Shown here piece after piece: positions 7,387 through 15,638 of a DNA stretch of 18,995 nt. Numbering within the stretch: the first letter of the stretch is position 1; each line of letters starts with the position of its first letter. Source of the stretch: Leptospira sp. (lineage in GTDB: Bacteria; Spirochaetota; Leptospiria; Leptospirales; Leptospiraceae); NCBI GenBank assembly GCA_034439575.1, contig JAWXAQ010000032.1, forward strand, positions 1-18,995. Direction: 5' to 3'. The notes under the pieces were generated by a model. That model did not search any database. It was not told the DNA's origin and saw only the letters and a list, made by a program, of their open reading frames with translations. The translations under genes were made by a program, and so were the position numbers.

Positions 7387-9144
7387 ATGAACTTCCCTAA
7401 ATATATATTAGTCTTATTTTATTCTGCTTTTTTCATTTTGGAATGTAATAATGCCAATTCCGATGCGGAAAAAATGCTGACCTTTCTTCCAAACGACAGT
7501 TCACCAAAAATTGTTTCTGCAGTGCCAGGCATGGGTGATAAAGGAATGCCTCGGACACAAAAAATTGCGATTTTATTTGATAAACCAATGAATATCAATA
7601 CTTGCGTGCAAAGTTTTTCCATCACTCCCGCTACACAAGGGTTCTATGATTTAAATGATTATAGTTTAACATTTACTCCAAGCACACAGTGGAATTATGG
7701 AACATATACTTATACCTTAACTAAGAATTGTGAATCTAAAGAAGGCAGTGATTTAAGAGAATTATTTACTGCATCTTTTACTGTGGGTGAGGCAACAGTA
7801 GCTGGGTCTTTTCCAGAAATAACGAGTGTGAATATCGGAACTGGCACTGCTCTCGAATGTAATGGTAGTACATCGACGCAAAATAATATACTCAATCAAT
7901 CTTTAACCAATGTATGTATGGGAGCACCAAGCACCAACGCATTGACATTTAATTTTTCACGGCCCATGGATAAAGCGGCAACAGCAACCGCCATAGTGTT
8001 TTCTCCTTCGTTTTCCGCAAGTTATACCTGGACTTCTGATACTAGCTTAAAAGTTTTACCAGATTCACCTTTTTCATATAATGCGCGAATTAATTTTAAT
8101 GTATCAACACAAGCGCAAGATACCCAAGGGATTAAACTACAAATCCCAGCATCAGGAAGTTTCTTTGTGGGGACTGGAAATTTATTGCCAGTGGTTTCCA
8201 GTTTAACTTTAAGCGCTGACACTCTTTCTAATTGTTTGAACGGAGTAGGGGTTACTGCCGATTTAGTTACGACTTCTGTGACAAATGGATGCCTTGGAAA
8301 TCCAACTTCCAATACATTTACCTTCACTTTCTCTCGGGCAATGAACAAAATCCAAACACAGTCAAATATTAGTTTTTCGCCGTCCTTAACTGGGACATAC
8401 ACATGGTCAACGGATAACCTAACTTTGACTTTTGTGCCAGATGCGAAACTTACTTATGGAACAAGGTATACGATCACTATTGGTTCGGGTGCTGTTTCAT
8501 CGGATAGAATCTTTGTGGAAGCTTCGTCTATATATAGTTTTACGGCAGGTGGACCAATTACAAATGCTCCATCAGTGCAATCTGTGGGCGTTGTATCGCA
8601 AGGTTGTGCCGCTACACTTCCCGGAACAGGAAATGCTGCAGGTGGAAATTGGCTTTCTGGGACTTGCTTTTGGGATAACACACTATCAGTTCTTGGTCCC
8701 TCTTCCTACCAATTTAGGGCAGGAGACGTTGGAGGTGGTGCCATTGCAAGTTCCTTGAATTGTATCGATGTAAATACAGATAACTTCCGATTGATTTTTT
8801 CTAATTATATGGATTTGAATAGCACCATCAATGCCATTCGATTACGTAGACTCTCACCACCTAGCACAGTTGTCCAACTAGCAAGTTGGACTTGGGCGGA
8901 TTGCCAAGCTGCCTATCCTTTTGGTTGTCGAGTGGTAGATTTAGTATTCGCAGAATTGGAATCCTCATGCAATGGGACATCTGCATTTGGAAACGCAGGA
9001 ACTTCTGGTGATTTTAACCTTCTACAATCTAACACAGCACCAGCTGGTTATCCTTATTATATGATCTCTGTGGATACCTCAGCCAAGGATGTGAATAACG
9101 TCCCTTTTTCTTCGACATTTAACTTTAGTATGGAGGCAAAGTAG
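7387..9144 (+). CDS. Ig-like (Big_5/SbsA-type) repeat surface lipoprotein
   Basis: Start is more likely ATG 7387 (1 nt after the tolC stop) than 7357. Signal MNFPKYILVLFYSAFFILE-C is a possible spirochaete-type lipobox. Four domains with F-[DS]-x-x-M-[ND] motifs (FDKPMN, FSRPMD, FSRAMN, FSNYMD). Ser/Thr/Asn/Gly-rich. Confidence 0.82.
   Translation: MNFPKYILVLFYSAFFILECNNANSDAEKMLTFLPNDSSPKIVSAVPGMGDKGMPRTQKIAILFDKPMNINTCVQSFSITPATQGFYDLNDYSLTFTPSTQWNYGTYTYTLTKNCESKEGSDLRELFTASFTVGEATVAGSFPEITSVNIGTGTALECNGSTSTQNNILNQSLTNVCMGAPSTNALTFNFSRPMDKAATATAIVFSPSFSASYTWTSDTSLKVLPDSPFSYNARINFNVSTQAQDTQGIKLQIPASGSFFVGTGNLLPVVSSLTLSADTLSNCLNGVGVTADLVTTSVTNGCLGNPTSNTFTFTFSRAMNKIQTQSNISFSPSLTGTYTWSTDNLTLTFVPDAKLTYGTRYTITIGSGAVSSDRIFVEASSIYSFTAGGPITNAPSVQSVGVVSQGCAATLPGTGNAAGGNWLSGTCFWDNTLSVLGPSSYQFRAGDVGGGAIASSLNCIDVNTDNFRLIFSNYMDLNSTINAIRLRRLSPPSTVVQLASWTWADCQAAYPFGCRVVDLVFAELESSCNGTSAFGNAGTSGDFNLLQSNTAPAGYPYYMISVDTSAKDVNNVPFSSTFNFSMEAK
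7498..9135 (+). repeat. Four tandem diverged Ig-like protein domains
   Basis: Approximate units 7498-7788, 7807-8172, 8182-8550, 8563-9135. Units 2 and 3 align clearly (TNxCxGxPxxNxxTFxFSRxM...FSPS...YTW). Confidence 0.7.
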
Positions 9145-9753
9145 ATGAAACTATTAAAATTATTCTTTTTATTCTATATATTATTTTTTCTCACTGATTG
9201 TAGAGACCCTGATTTTCATGTAAGAGGTGCTAAAGTAACAAATGCGCCTCAAAAAAAATTGATGGTAGGTTCGATTCAAAATAGAGATTTCAAAACACCA
9301 AAATCTATAGCAAAAGATTTCCGAGACCTTTTTGCTTTTGAACTTATGCAGAAAGGATATTCTCTCATTCCAGTGAATGTTAAAATGATAGAAAGAGACA
9401 TGGATCTGAGTGGAGATAAATCTTCTCTACCTTTGAGCCTTCGCAAAAGTGCAGGTGAGGCATCTATAGTTCCCAATCAATTGGAACGGCTTTTAGATAA
9501 AAATGAAATTAAAAGTATCACCCAAGCAGAGTCAGTCGATTTATTCGTGCAAGGTGTCGTATCAATTCAATCCAATGAAAAAATCTTGGATCGAAAGGAT
9601 TATAATTATATTTTTTTGAATGTATATGATACCGAAGGAAATCTAGTAGGAATGGTAAACTCATCCTTTGATGAACGGATACTTGGTGAATCAGACCTTA
9701 TGCGAAAGGTTGCCTCTTCACTTGCCCAAACTTTTGATAAGAGTATGAAATAA
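9145..9753 (+). CDS. Putative lipoprotein, possibly CsgG/LpoB/FlgO-like alpha/beta fold
   Basis: Signal MKLLKLFFLFYILFFLTD-C. Pattern KLMVGSIQNRD...AKDFRDLFAFELMQKGYSLI...VDLFVQGVV...LNVYDTEGNLVG. The fold call is inference. Confidence 0.6.
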   Translation: MKLLKLFFLFYILFFLTDCRDPDFHVRGAKVTNAPQKKLMVGSIQNRDFKTPKSIAKDFRDLFAFELMQKGYSLIPVNVKMIERDMDLSGDKSSLPLSLRKSAGEASIVPNQLERLLDKNEIKSITQAESVDLFVQGVVSIQSNEKILDRKDYNYIFLNVYDTEGNLVGMVNSSFDERILGESDLMRKVASSLAQTFDKSMK

Positions 9754-10359
9754 ATGTATAAGTATAGTTTATTTATTTTACTGTTTCTTGTTTCTTGTTC
9801 GGATAACAAAGAAGAGCTGATCAAAGAGTATGGACTTGGAAAACTTGAGTTCGCAAAAGGCAATTTAGAGGGTTCCAAAAAACACTTTAAAAAAGTTCAT
9901 GAAGCGGATTCTAGTTATGAAGATGTTCCTTTATATTTAGCAAAAATAGAATATTACCAAGGACATTTCGCGATTGCAAGTAGTGCCTTCGGGAAATTGT
10001 TAGATGATGATACTTACGGACACCAAGCACATATATTGAAATTAAAATCAGATTATGCATATAGGAAAGATCGATCTGTGTTATTAAAAGAGATAGGTGA
10101 TGCTTTAAAAGGTGATACGAGTAACCTTGATTTGCTGATCATTGCGGCAAAATTGAATAAGGAACTAGGGCATATATCACAAACAATTCTATATTACCAA
10201 AGGATCATCAATGAATCTGATAAGATCATGCTCGCACATAAAGAATTAAGTAAGATTTACGAGAAAGCAGGAATCGCTGAACGAGTCAGTTATCATACAA
10301 AAAAAGTAGAATTTTGGAAAGAAGAAAAAACGAATAAGGCTAAGGAAGAGAAAAAGTAA
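9754..10359 (+). CDS. TPR-repeat lipoprotein
   Basis: Lipobox LVS-C. TPR-like units YGLGKLEFAKGNLEGSKKHFKKV, LYLAKIEYYQGHFAIASSAF, AAKLNKELGHISQTILYYQRI, AHKELSKIYEKAG. Confidence 0.8.
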   Translation: MYKYSLFILLFLVSCSDNKEELIKEYGLGKLEFAKGNLEGSKKHFKKVHEADSSYEDVPLYLAKIEYYQGHFAIASSAFGKLLDDDTYGHQAHILKLKSDYAYRKDRSVLLKEIGDALKGDTSNLDLLIIAAKLNKELGHISQTILYYQRIINESDKIMLAHKELSKIYEKAGIAERVSYHTKKVEFWKEEKTNKAKEEKK

Positions 10360-11045
10360 TGAGTGTTATAAAGAAATTGTTTACCATCGCATTTCATAAA
10401 GGGAAAATTAAAGAACTATTTTCACCTAATTATAGTCATGTTTATTCAAAAGATAAAACGGACCTAGAAATATTTAGATTTGGATTTTCATTGTTCTCAT
10501 ACACTTATATAATGTATGTGATTATGTATGTGTTCATGTTTTTGATCGGGTATCCATATTTTGCCAAGCTGAATGAAACTATGCGTGCAGATTTTGAAGC
10601 GAAAGGAAATAGTTCATTCAGTTTATTTCTAAATACCTATCCTTGGAATGTATTGTATATATTGGCATCCCTTGTCATATTACTTTTGTTTGTTTCTATA
10701 TTGAGTTATGGACTTGCGAGACTTTTAGAAGATGGAAAAAGAAGCTATAAAGCACATCTTGGCCTATGTTTGCATGGGATTTCCATTTTACTTTCCTGTC
10801 TCTTTGTTATCTTTATTGCCAATACGATATTTCCTTTCAACGAACAAGTGGGTGTTGTCCTATTTAGCTTCCTTGTCGCAATTTGGTTAATTATGTTCTT
10901 TATAGGGACTTATGTTTCCACCCGCGTATTTGTTCGCGCATCCAATGTTTACTTTGAACAACATAAACGTCGAAGTGCGATCACTTGGTTACTTCCATTC
11001 CTTTTTGTGATATATACAATCTTTGGTATTGTAACAGGAATTTAA
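10359..11045 (+). CDS. Integral membrane protein, about 5 TM (Yip1-like topology)
   Basis: Five long hydrophobic stretches. TAATG overlap with the upstream gene. The Yip1 resemblance rests on topology only. Confidence 0.7.
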   Translation: MSVIKKLFTIAFHKGKIKELFSPNYSHVYSKDKTDLEIFRFGFSLFSYTYIMYVIMYVFMFLIGYPYFAKLNETMRADFEAKGNSSFSLFLNTYPWNVLYILASLVILLLFVSILSYGLARLLEDGKRSYKAHLGLCLHGISILLSCLFVIFIANTIFPFNEQVGVVLFSFLVAIWLIMFFIGTYVSTRVFVRASNVYFEQHKRRSAITWLLPFLFVIYTIFGIVTGI

Positions 11046-11046
11046 T

Positions 11047-12552
11047 ATGCTTAAAGAAAGGCTTGGATTTTTATCTAAGATCCCGTTTTTCTCAAAACTT
11101 GTCATTAGTTCCCTAATATACCTTGGCATAACTTTGCTTTATAGCAATCTAACATGGTCAGGACTCAGGGCAAAACTTCCCTTGTTTAATAGGATGTTTT
11201 ATTCTAAGTATCTTTCTGCACAGGAACAATACAAACGTTTCACGGAGATCAAAGAAGAAGCGGAGGCCTTGGGTGAGTCTGGCAGTTTAAGTGTGCAAAC
11301 AGTAGCTATCGAAGAAGAGACTATCACGCCAATGATGACATTCTCGGCCGTACTCGAACCGATTGATCGATTAGAAGTTTATTCTAAAGTCAGTGGTCGT
11401 GTGGAACAATTTTATGTGAAAGAAGGGGAAAGTATTAAAAAGGGACAAAGACTCGCAAAACTTGATAGTTTAACTTTTGAATTGGATCTGGCAAAACAAA
11501 AAGCATCCTATGATTCCGCCACTGCCCTTTATCAACTTTCGAAAGATAAATACGAAATCGCTCGCAGGAATGTAGAAATAAAATTAGGCGAAGCCGACAA
11601 ACGAATCGGACTATATAACAAGGCGATTGCGGAATACGAAAGATTTCAAGAGATCGTAAGAAAAAAAGAAATCCTATGGACTGAAAAAGCAATATCAGAT
11701 GAAGAAATAGAAAACCTAAGGCTCGAACTTTCTTCTAGAGAATTAAGTGTAAACAATGCTCGGCGTGATCTAGAAATGATACTCATCGGTATTCGTGATG
11801 AGGATATTGTTGCTGCCGGTTATTCCATTCCAAATAACAAAAAGGAAAAAGTAGACCTTTTAAAAACAATCAATACTCGAATTGAAAAGTCAGAAATGGA
11901 AGTTGCTTCTACGAATCTCAGAGCAAGTGAAGTCAATTTAAAATCCACGGAAATGCTTATCAAAGAAGCTGTTCTCTATTCACCTATAAATGGAATCGTT
12001 GCGAAGATTAACAGAACAGTAGGTGAACTAATCAATGCAGGAAGTGGTGGGACATTGCCTGTGATGACAGTCATTTCGAATGATGGTGTATTTGTCAGTT
12101 TTGCTGTGAATGAAGGGGATCTTGGAAAAATCAAACAAGGCCTACAAACAAATGTGACTGTAGATTCGATGCCGAACAAACGTTTCAAAGGACTCATCAA
12201 AAAAATAAGTCCACTCATTGACCAAAAGACTCATACGGCTGATGCTAAAGTGGAGTTAGTTGGAAAATCTTCTGAATTGAAACCTGGAATGTTTGTGCGT
12301 GCCGAAGTAATTATCGGTGAAAATAAAAAAGCAGTCATGATACCAGTGTCTTCTCTTGTCTCCATTGATAATACCGAAGGTAGTGTTTTTGTAATGAAGG
12401 ACAAAAAAGCCTACAAAAAACAATTAAAGTTAGGTGATAAAAAAGAGGAAAGAATCACAGTAGAAGAGGGTCTGAAAGAAGGTGATGTGGTGATTCTTAG
12501 TCCAATCAATAGGTTATATGATGGACTACCTGTAATTCCGAAGTTTCAATGA
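11047..12552 (+). CDS. RND periplasmic adaptor (membrane fusion protein) with long alpha-hairpin
   Basis: N-terminal TM anchor. Lipoyl halves VYSKVSGRVEQFYVKEGESIKKGQRLAKLD and LYSPINGIV. LKPGMFVRAEV, IPVSSL and GLKEGDVVI motifs. Confidence 0.92.
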   Translation: MLKERLGFLSKIPFFSKLVISSLIYLGITLLYSNLTWSGLRAKLPLFNRMFYSKYLSAQEQYKRFTEIKEEAEALGESGSLSVQTVAIEEETITPMMTFSAVLEPIDRLEVYSKVSGRVEQFYVKEGESIKKGQRLAKLDSLTFELDLAKQKASYDSATALYQLSKDKYEIARRNVEIKLGEADKRIGLYNKAIAEYERFQEIVRKKEILWTEKAISDEEIENLRLELSSRELSVNNARRDLEMILIGIRDEDIVAAGYSIPNNKKEKVDLLKTINTRIEKSEMEVASTNLRASEVNLKSTEMLIKEAVLYSPINGIVAKINRTVGELINAGSGGTLPVMTVISNDGVFVSFAVNEGDLGKIKQGLQTNVTVDSMPNKRFKGLIKKISPLIDQKTHTADAKVELVGKSSELKPGMFVRAEVIIGENKKAVMIPVSSLVSIDNTEGSVFVMKDKKAYKKQLKLGDKKEERITVEEGLKEGDVVILSPINRLYDGLPVIPKFQ

Positions 12553-15500
12553 TTTCTGCCTTATGTAAGCTCATACTTAAAGCAAAGACAGCAAGCCTCA
12601 TGGTATTTGCAGGCTTTTGTTTATTTGGAGGCCTATCGCTTCGAGATATCCCTTTGAGTTTACTTCCGAATATAGATTTTCCCCAATTAACAATCATTAC
12701 ATCACTCGCTAATTCATCGCCTGAAGAAGTGGAAAATATGATATCAAAACCTATTTCCCAATTAGTCGGGACGATCCAAGGAGTGGAAAAAGTAGAATCA
12801 AATTCCAAAGAAGGAAATTCATTTGTCCATTTGCGTTTTAAAAATGGAACTGAGATGAGTTTCGCACTCCTTGAAGTAAGAGAAAAATTGGACCTAATCC
12901 GGGATATGTTACCAATCGATGCATCCAAACCTTTGATTTCCAAATTTGATCCCACGGGAAGAGCATTTATGGAAATTGTTTTCTCTCCCAAGGGCTTAGG
13001 TGACAAAAGAAAACTAAGAAATTTTGTTAATGATTATGTTAAACTTTATTATGAAAGAATCGAAGGTGTAGCACTCGTAGAAATCATTGGAGGCTATGAG
13101 AAGGAAATTTTTGTAGAGATTGATCCAGATCGGATGAGCGCTTATCGCATCCAACCAGGGGATTTGAAATATATCATTGGTTCGAATAACAAAAATTATC
13201 CTGCAGGACAACTTCCTTTCGGAAATAAGGAATTGCCTGTTCGTATGATTGGAGAATTTACATCTAGTTTTAATTTAGAAAACTTAATTATAAAAGGAGA
13301 GGACAGCGGTTCACTCACTAGGTTATCTGACTTCTCTCAGGTCATAGAAAAATACAAAGATAGAAAAGGTTTTGCAAAATACAATGGTGAAGAAGCTGTC
13401 ATCTTATCTCTCTATCGTGAGCCTGGAAAAAATACGGTTAAACTTTCCGAAGAAGTAATATCTGTTACAAATCAAATCAATGCCACCTTTCAGACTGAAA
13501 TTCAAGGTGCAATAATTTATGATGAATCTATCTTTATCAAAGAATCATTGAATGGTCTTTATTTGAATTTGGTTCTTGGTGCGATTCTTGCCTACATTGC
13601 ACTTCTTATCATATTAAAAAATTACCAAAGTCCAACGATTTTGCTTTGTGCCATTCCTGTCACATTGCTTCCTAGTTTTCTTGTCTTTCGTTATCTAGGA
13701 ATTGGGTTTAACATGATGAGCCTTGGTGGACTTGCGCTCGGGATCGGGATGTTATTTGATTCAAGTAATGTGGTATTGTCTGCTATAGAAAGAAATTTAC
13801 CTTTATATAAAAAATTAGAAGATGCAATTTATGCAGGAACTATGGAAGTTTTTACTTCTGTATTTTCTGCGACATCAACAACGATTATAGTTTTTTTACC
13901 AATAGGTTTTATAAAAAGCACACTTGGTATGATATTTCGTGAGATGGCGATTTCCATTGTCATTACACTTATTTTTAGTTTGGTGACAGCAATCACTTTC
14001 ATTCCACTTATCGCAAGTTATTTGTATAAGTATAGAAATCAAAAAATTCAAAACCATTTTCTATTTAAAATTTATGATGAAGATAAAATTATACAAATGT
14101 ATCATAAATTTTTATCATTGGTTCTTGAAACTAAGCTCATATTTTTAACACTCCTTATTGCTTTATTTATATTTAGTTTGTCTCTCATCCCTTTTATCGA
14201 AAAAGAATATATGCCAAAAATTGATACTGGTGAAATTACGATTCGTATCAATTTACCTGCGGGAACGGATTTAGAATCACTTACAAGTTATGTGGAGTAT
14301 CTAGAATCAATTTTTATCAAGGATAAGACGATTCAGTCTGTATTATCAAATATTGGTGGAGATGATGAAAACCTTCGTATGAATCCAAATTCCATAACGG
14401 AAACAAATAAAGCGGAATTGAAATTATTATTAAGTGATGAACGGACGCATACCAGTCAGGATTTTGCAAAATATCTACGAAGTCTAATTAAGAAAATTGA
14501 TGGAATCGAACTTTATTTTGATACAAAAGAAAATGTCCTTGGCGAACTTCTATCGGATAAAAGGGAAGAGATCGTATATCACGTTATAGGTGATGATTTA
14601 AGTGAGCTTGAGAATGTCGGAAGAAATTTAAAATTAAGGCTACAATTAATCCCGGGCGTCCAGTGGATAAAGCTCGGAAATGATACAAAAACCATAGAAT
14701 ACCAAATCAATTATGATCAAACTAAAATGGCTAAGTATGGATTTACAAATTCGAATGTATCAACTTTTGTTAAGATAGCTTTAAAAGGTGTGTATAGTTC
14801 AGAAATTCAAAATGGAGGGATAAGCATTCCTATTCGAGTCGGTATGAAAAAAAATGTTACTGATTCTATAGAGAAAATCAAACATTTACGAATTCTTGCC
14901 CCGAATGGAGAGAATGTTTACTTAGAACAATTTGTTCATTTTTCTAAAAAGGAAACTGAGTCTGATATTTTTAGAATTGGAAACCAAAGAGTAAATAAAA
15001 TCAGCATTGGTATCGATGAAAACATACGTGATACCAAATCTAAAATAGAAATTGCGATAGCAAATTTCAAGACACCTAATGAAATTAAAATTAAAGCATC
15101 TGGTGAAAAAGAAAAATTAAATGAATCACTTCGTGATGTGGTTCTTTCTTTTTTCCTTGCCTTACTTCTGATCTTTATGCTTCTATCTGGACAATTTGAA
15201 TCCTATCTTACTTCTCTTGTAATGCTTGTGACTATTCCACTTATATTTATCGGAACCTTTCCCGCCTTGCTTGTAAGTGGTAAGAGTTTGAATATCAGCT
15301 CATTTATGGGATTTATTTTACTTATGGGAGTTGTGGTTGATAACGCAAGCCTCTACTTTGAATACTTTCATCTCTTTCTTAAGGAATTAAAAGATCCAAT
15401 GAAAGCATTATTCAAAGCGACAAGCACGGTTCTCAGGCCGATCCTTATGAACAATGCGACTACCATACTTGGAATGCTACCGATCATTCTCGCCTTCAGT

Positions 15501-15638
15501 AAAGGTTCTGAATTCCAAGCTCCTCTGGGAATCGTAGTTGTATTTGGACTTTTAACTTCTGTTTTGCTGTCACTATTTGTGATTCCGATCTTATTTTATA
15601 CCATTGAGATAAATAAAAGAAAAAAGAATGTTCTTTGA
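12549..15638 (+). CDS. RND permease (AcrB/AcrD/AcrF family), subunit 1
   Basis: 1029 aa. LLPNIDFP, SPEEVE, NMMSLGGLALGIGMLFDS, TTIIVFLP, MPKIDTG, QFES, LRPILM, FQAPLGIVVVFGLLTS motifs. Confidence 0.95.
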   Translation: MISALCKLILKAKTASLMVFAGFCLFGGLSLRDIPLSLLPNIDFPQLTIITSLANSSPEEVENMISKPISQLVGTIQGVEKVESNSKEGNSFVHLRFKNGTEMSFALLEVREKLDLIRDMLPIDASKPLISKFDPTGRAFMEIVFSPKGLGDKRKLRNFVNDYVKLYYERIEGVALVEIIGGYEKEIFVEIDPDRMSAYRIQPGDLKYIIGSNNKNYPAGQLPFGNKELPVRMIGEFTSSFNLENLIIKGEDSGSLTRLSDFSQVIEKYKDRKGFAKYNGEEAVILSLYREPGKNTVKLSEEVISVTNQINATFQTEIQGAIIYDESIFIKESLNGLYLNLVLGAILAYIALLIILKNYQSPTILLCAIPVTLLPSFLVFRYLGIGFNMMSLGGLALGIGMLFDSSNVVLSAIERNLPLYKKLEDAIYAGTMEVFTSVFSATSTTIIVFLPIGFIKSTLGMIFREMAISIVITLIFSLVTAITFIPLIASYLYKYRNQKIQNHFLFKIYDEDKIIQMYHKFLSLVLETKLIFLTLLIALFIFSLSLIPFIEKEYMPKIDTGEITIRINLPAGTDLESLTSYVEYLESIFIKDKTIQSVLSNIGGDDENLRMNPNSITETNKAELKLLLSDERTHTSQDFAKYLRSLIKKIDGIELYFDTKENVLGELLSDKREEIVYHVIGDDLSELENVGRNLKLRLQLIPGVQWIKLGNDTKTIEYQINYDQTKMAKYGFTNSNVSTFVKIALKGVYSSEIQNGGISIPIRVGMKKNVTDSIEKIKHLRILAPNGENVYLEQFVHFSKKETESDIFRIGNQRVNKISIGIDENIRDTKSKIEIAIANFKTPNEIKIKASGEKEKLNESLRDVVLSFFLALLLIFMLLSGQFESYLTSLVMLVTIPLIFIGTFPALLVSGKSLNISSFMGFILLMGVVVDNASLYFEYFHLFLKELKDPMKALFKATSTVLRPILMNNATTILGMLPIILAFSKGSEFQAPLGIVVVFGLLTSVLLSLFVIPILFYTIEINKRKKNVL

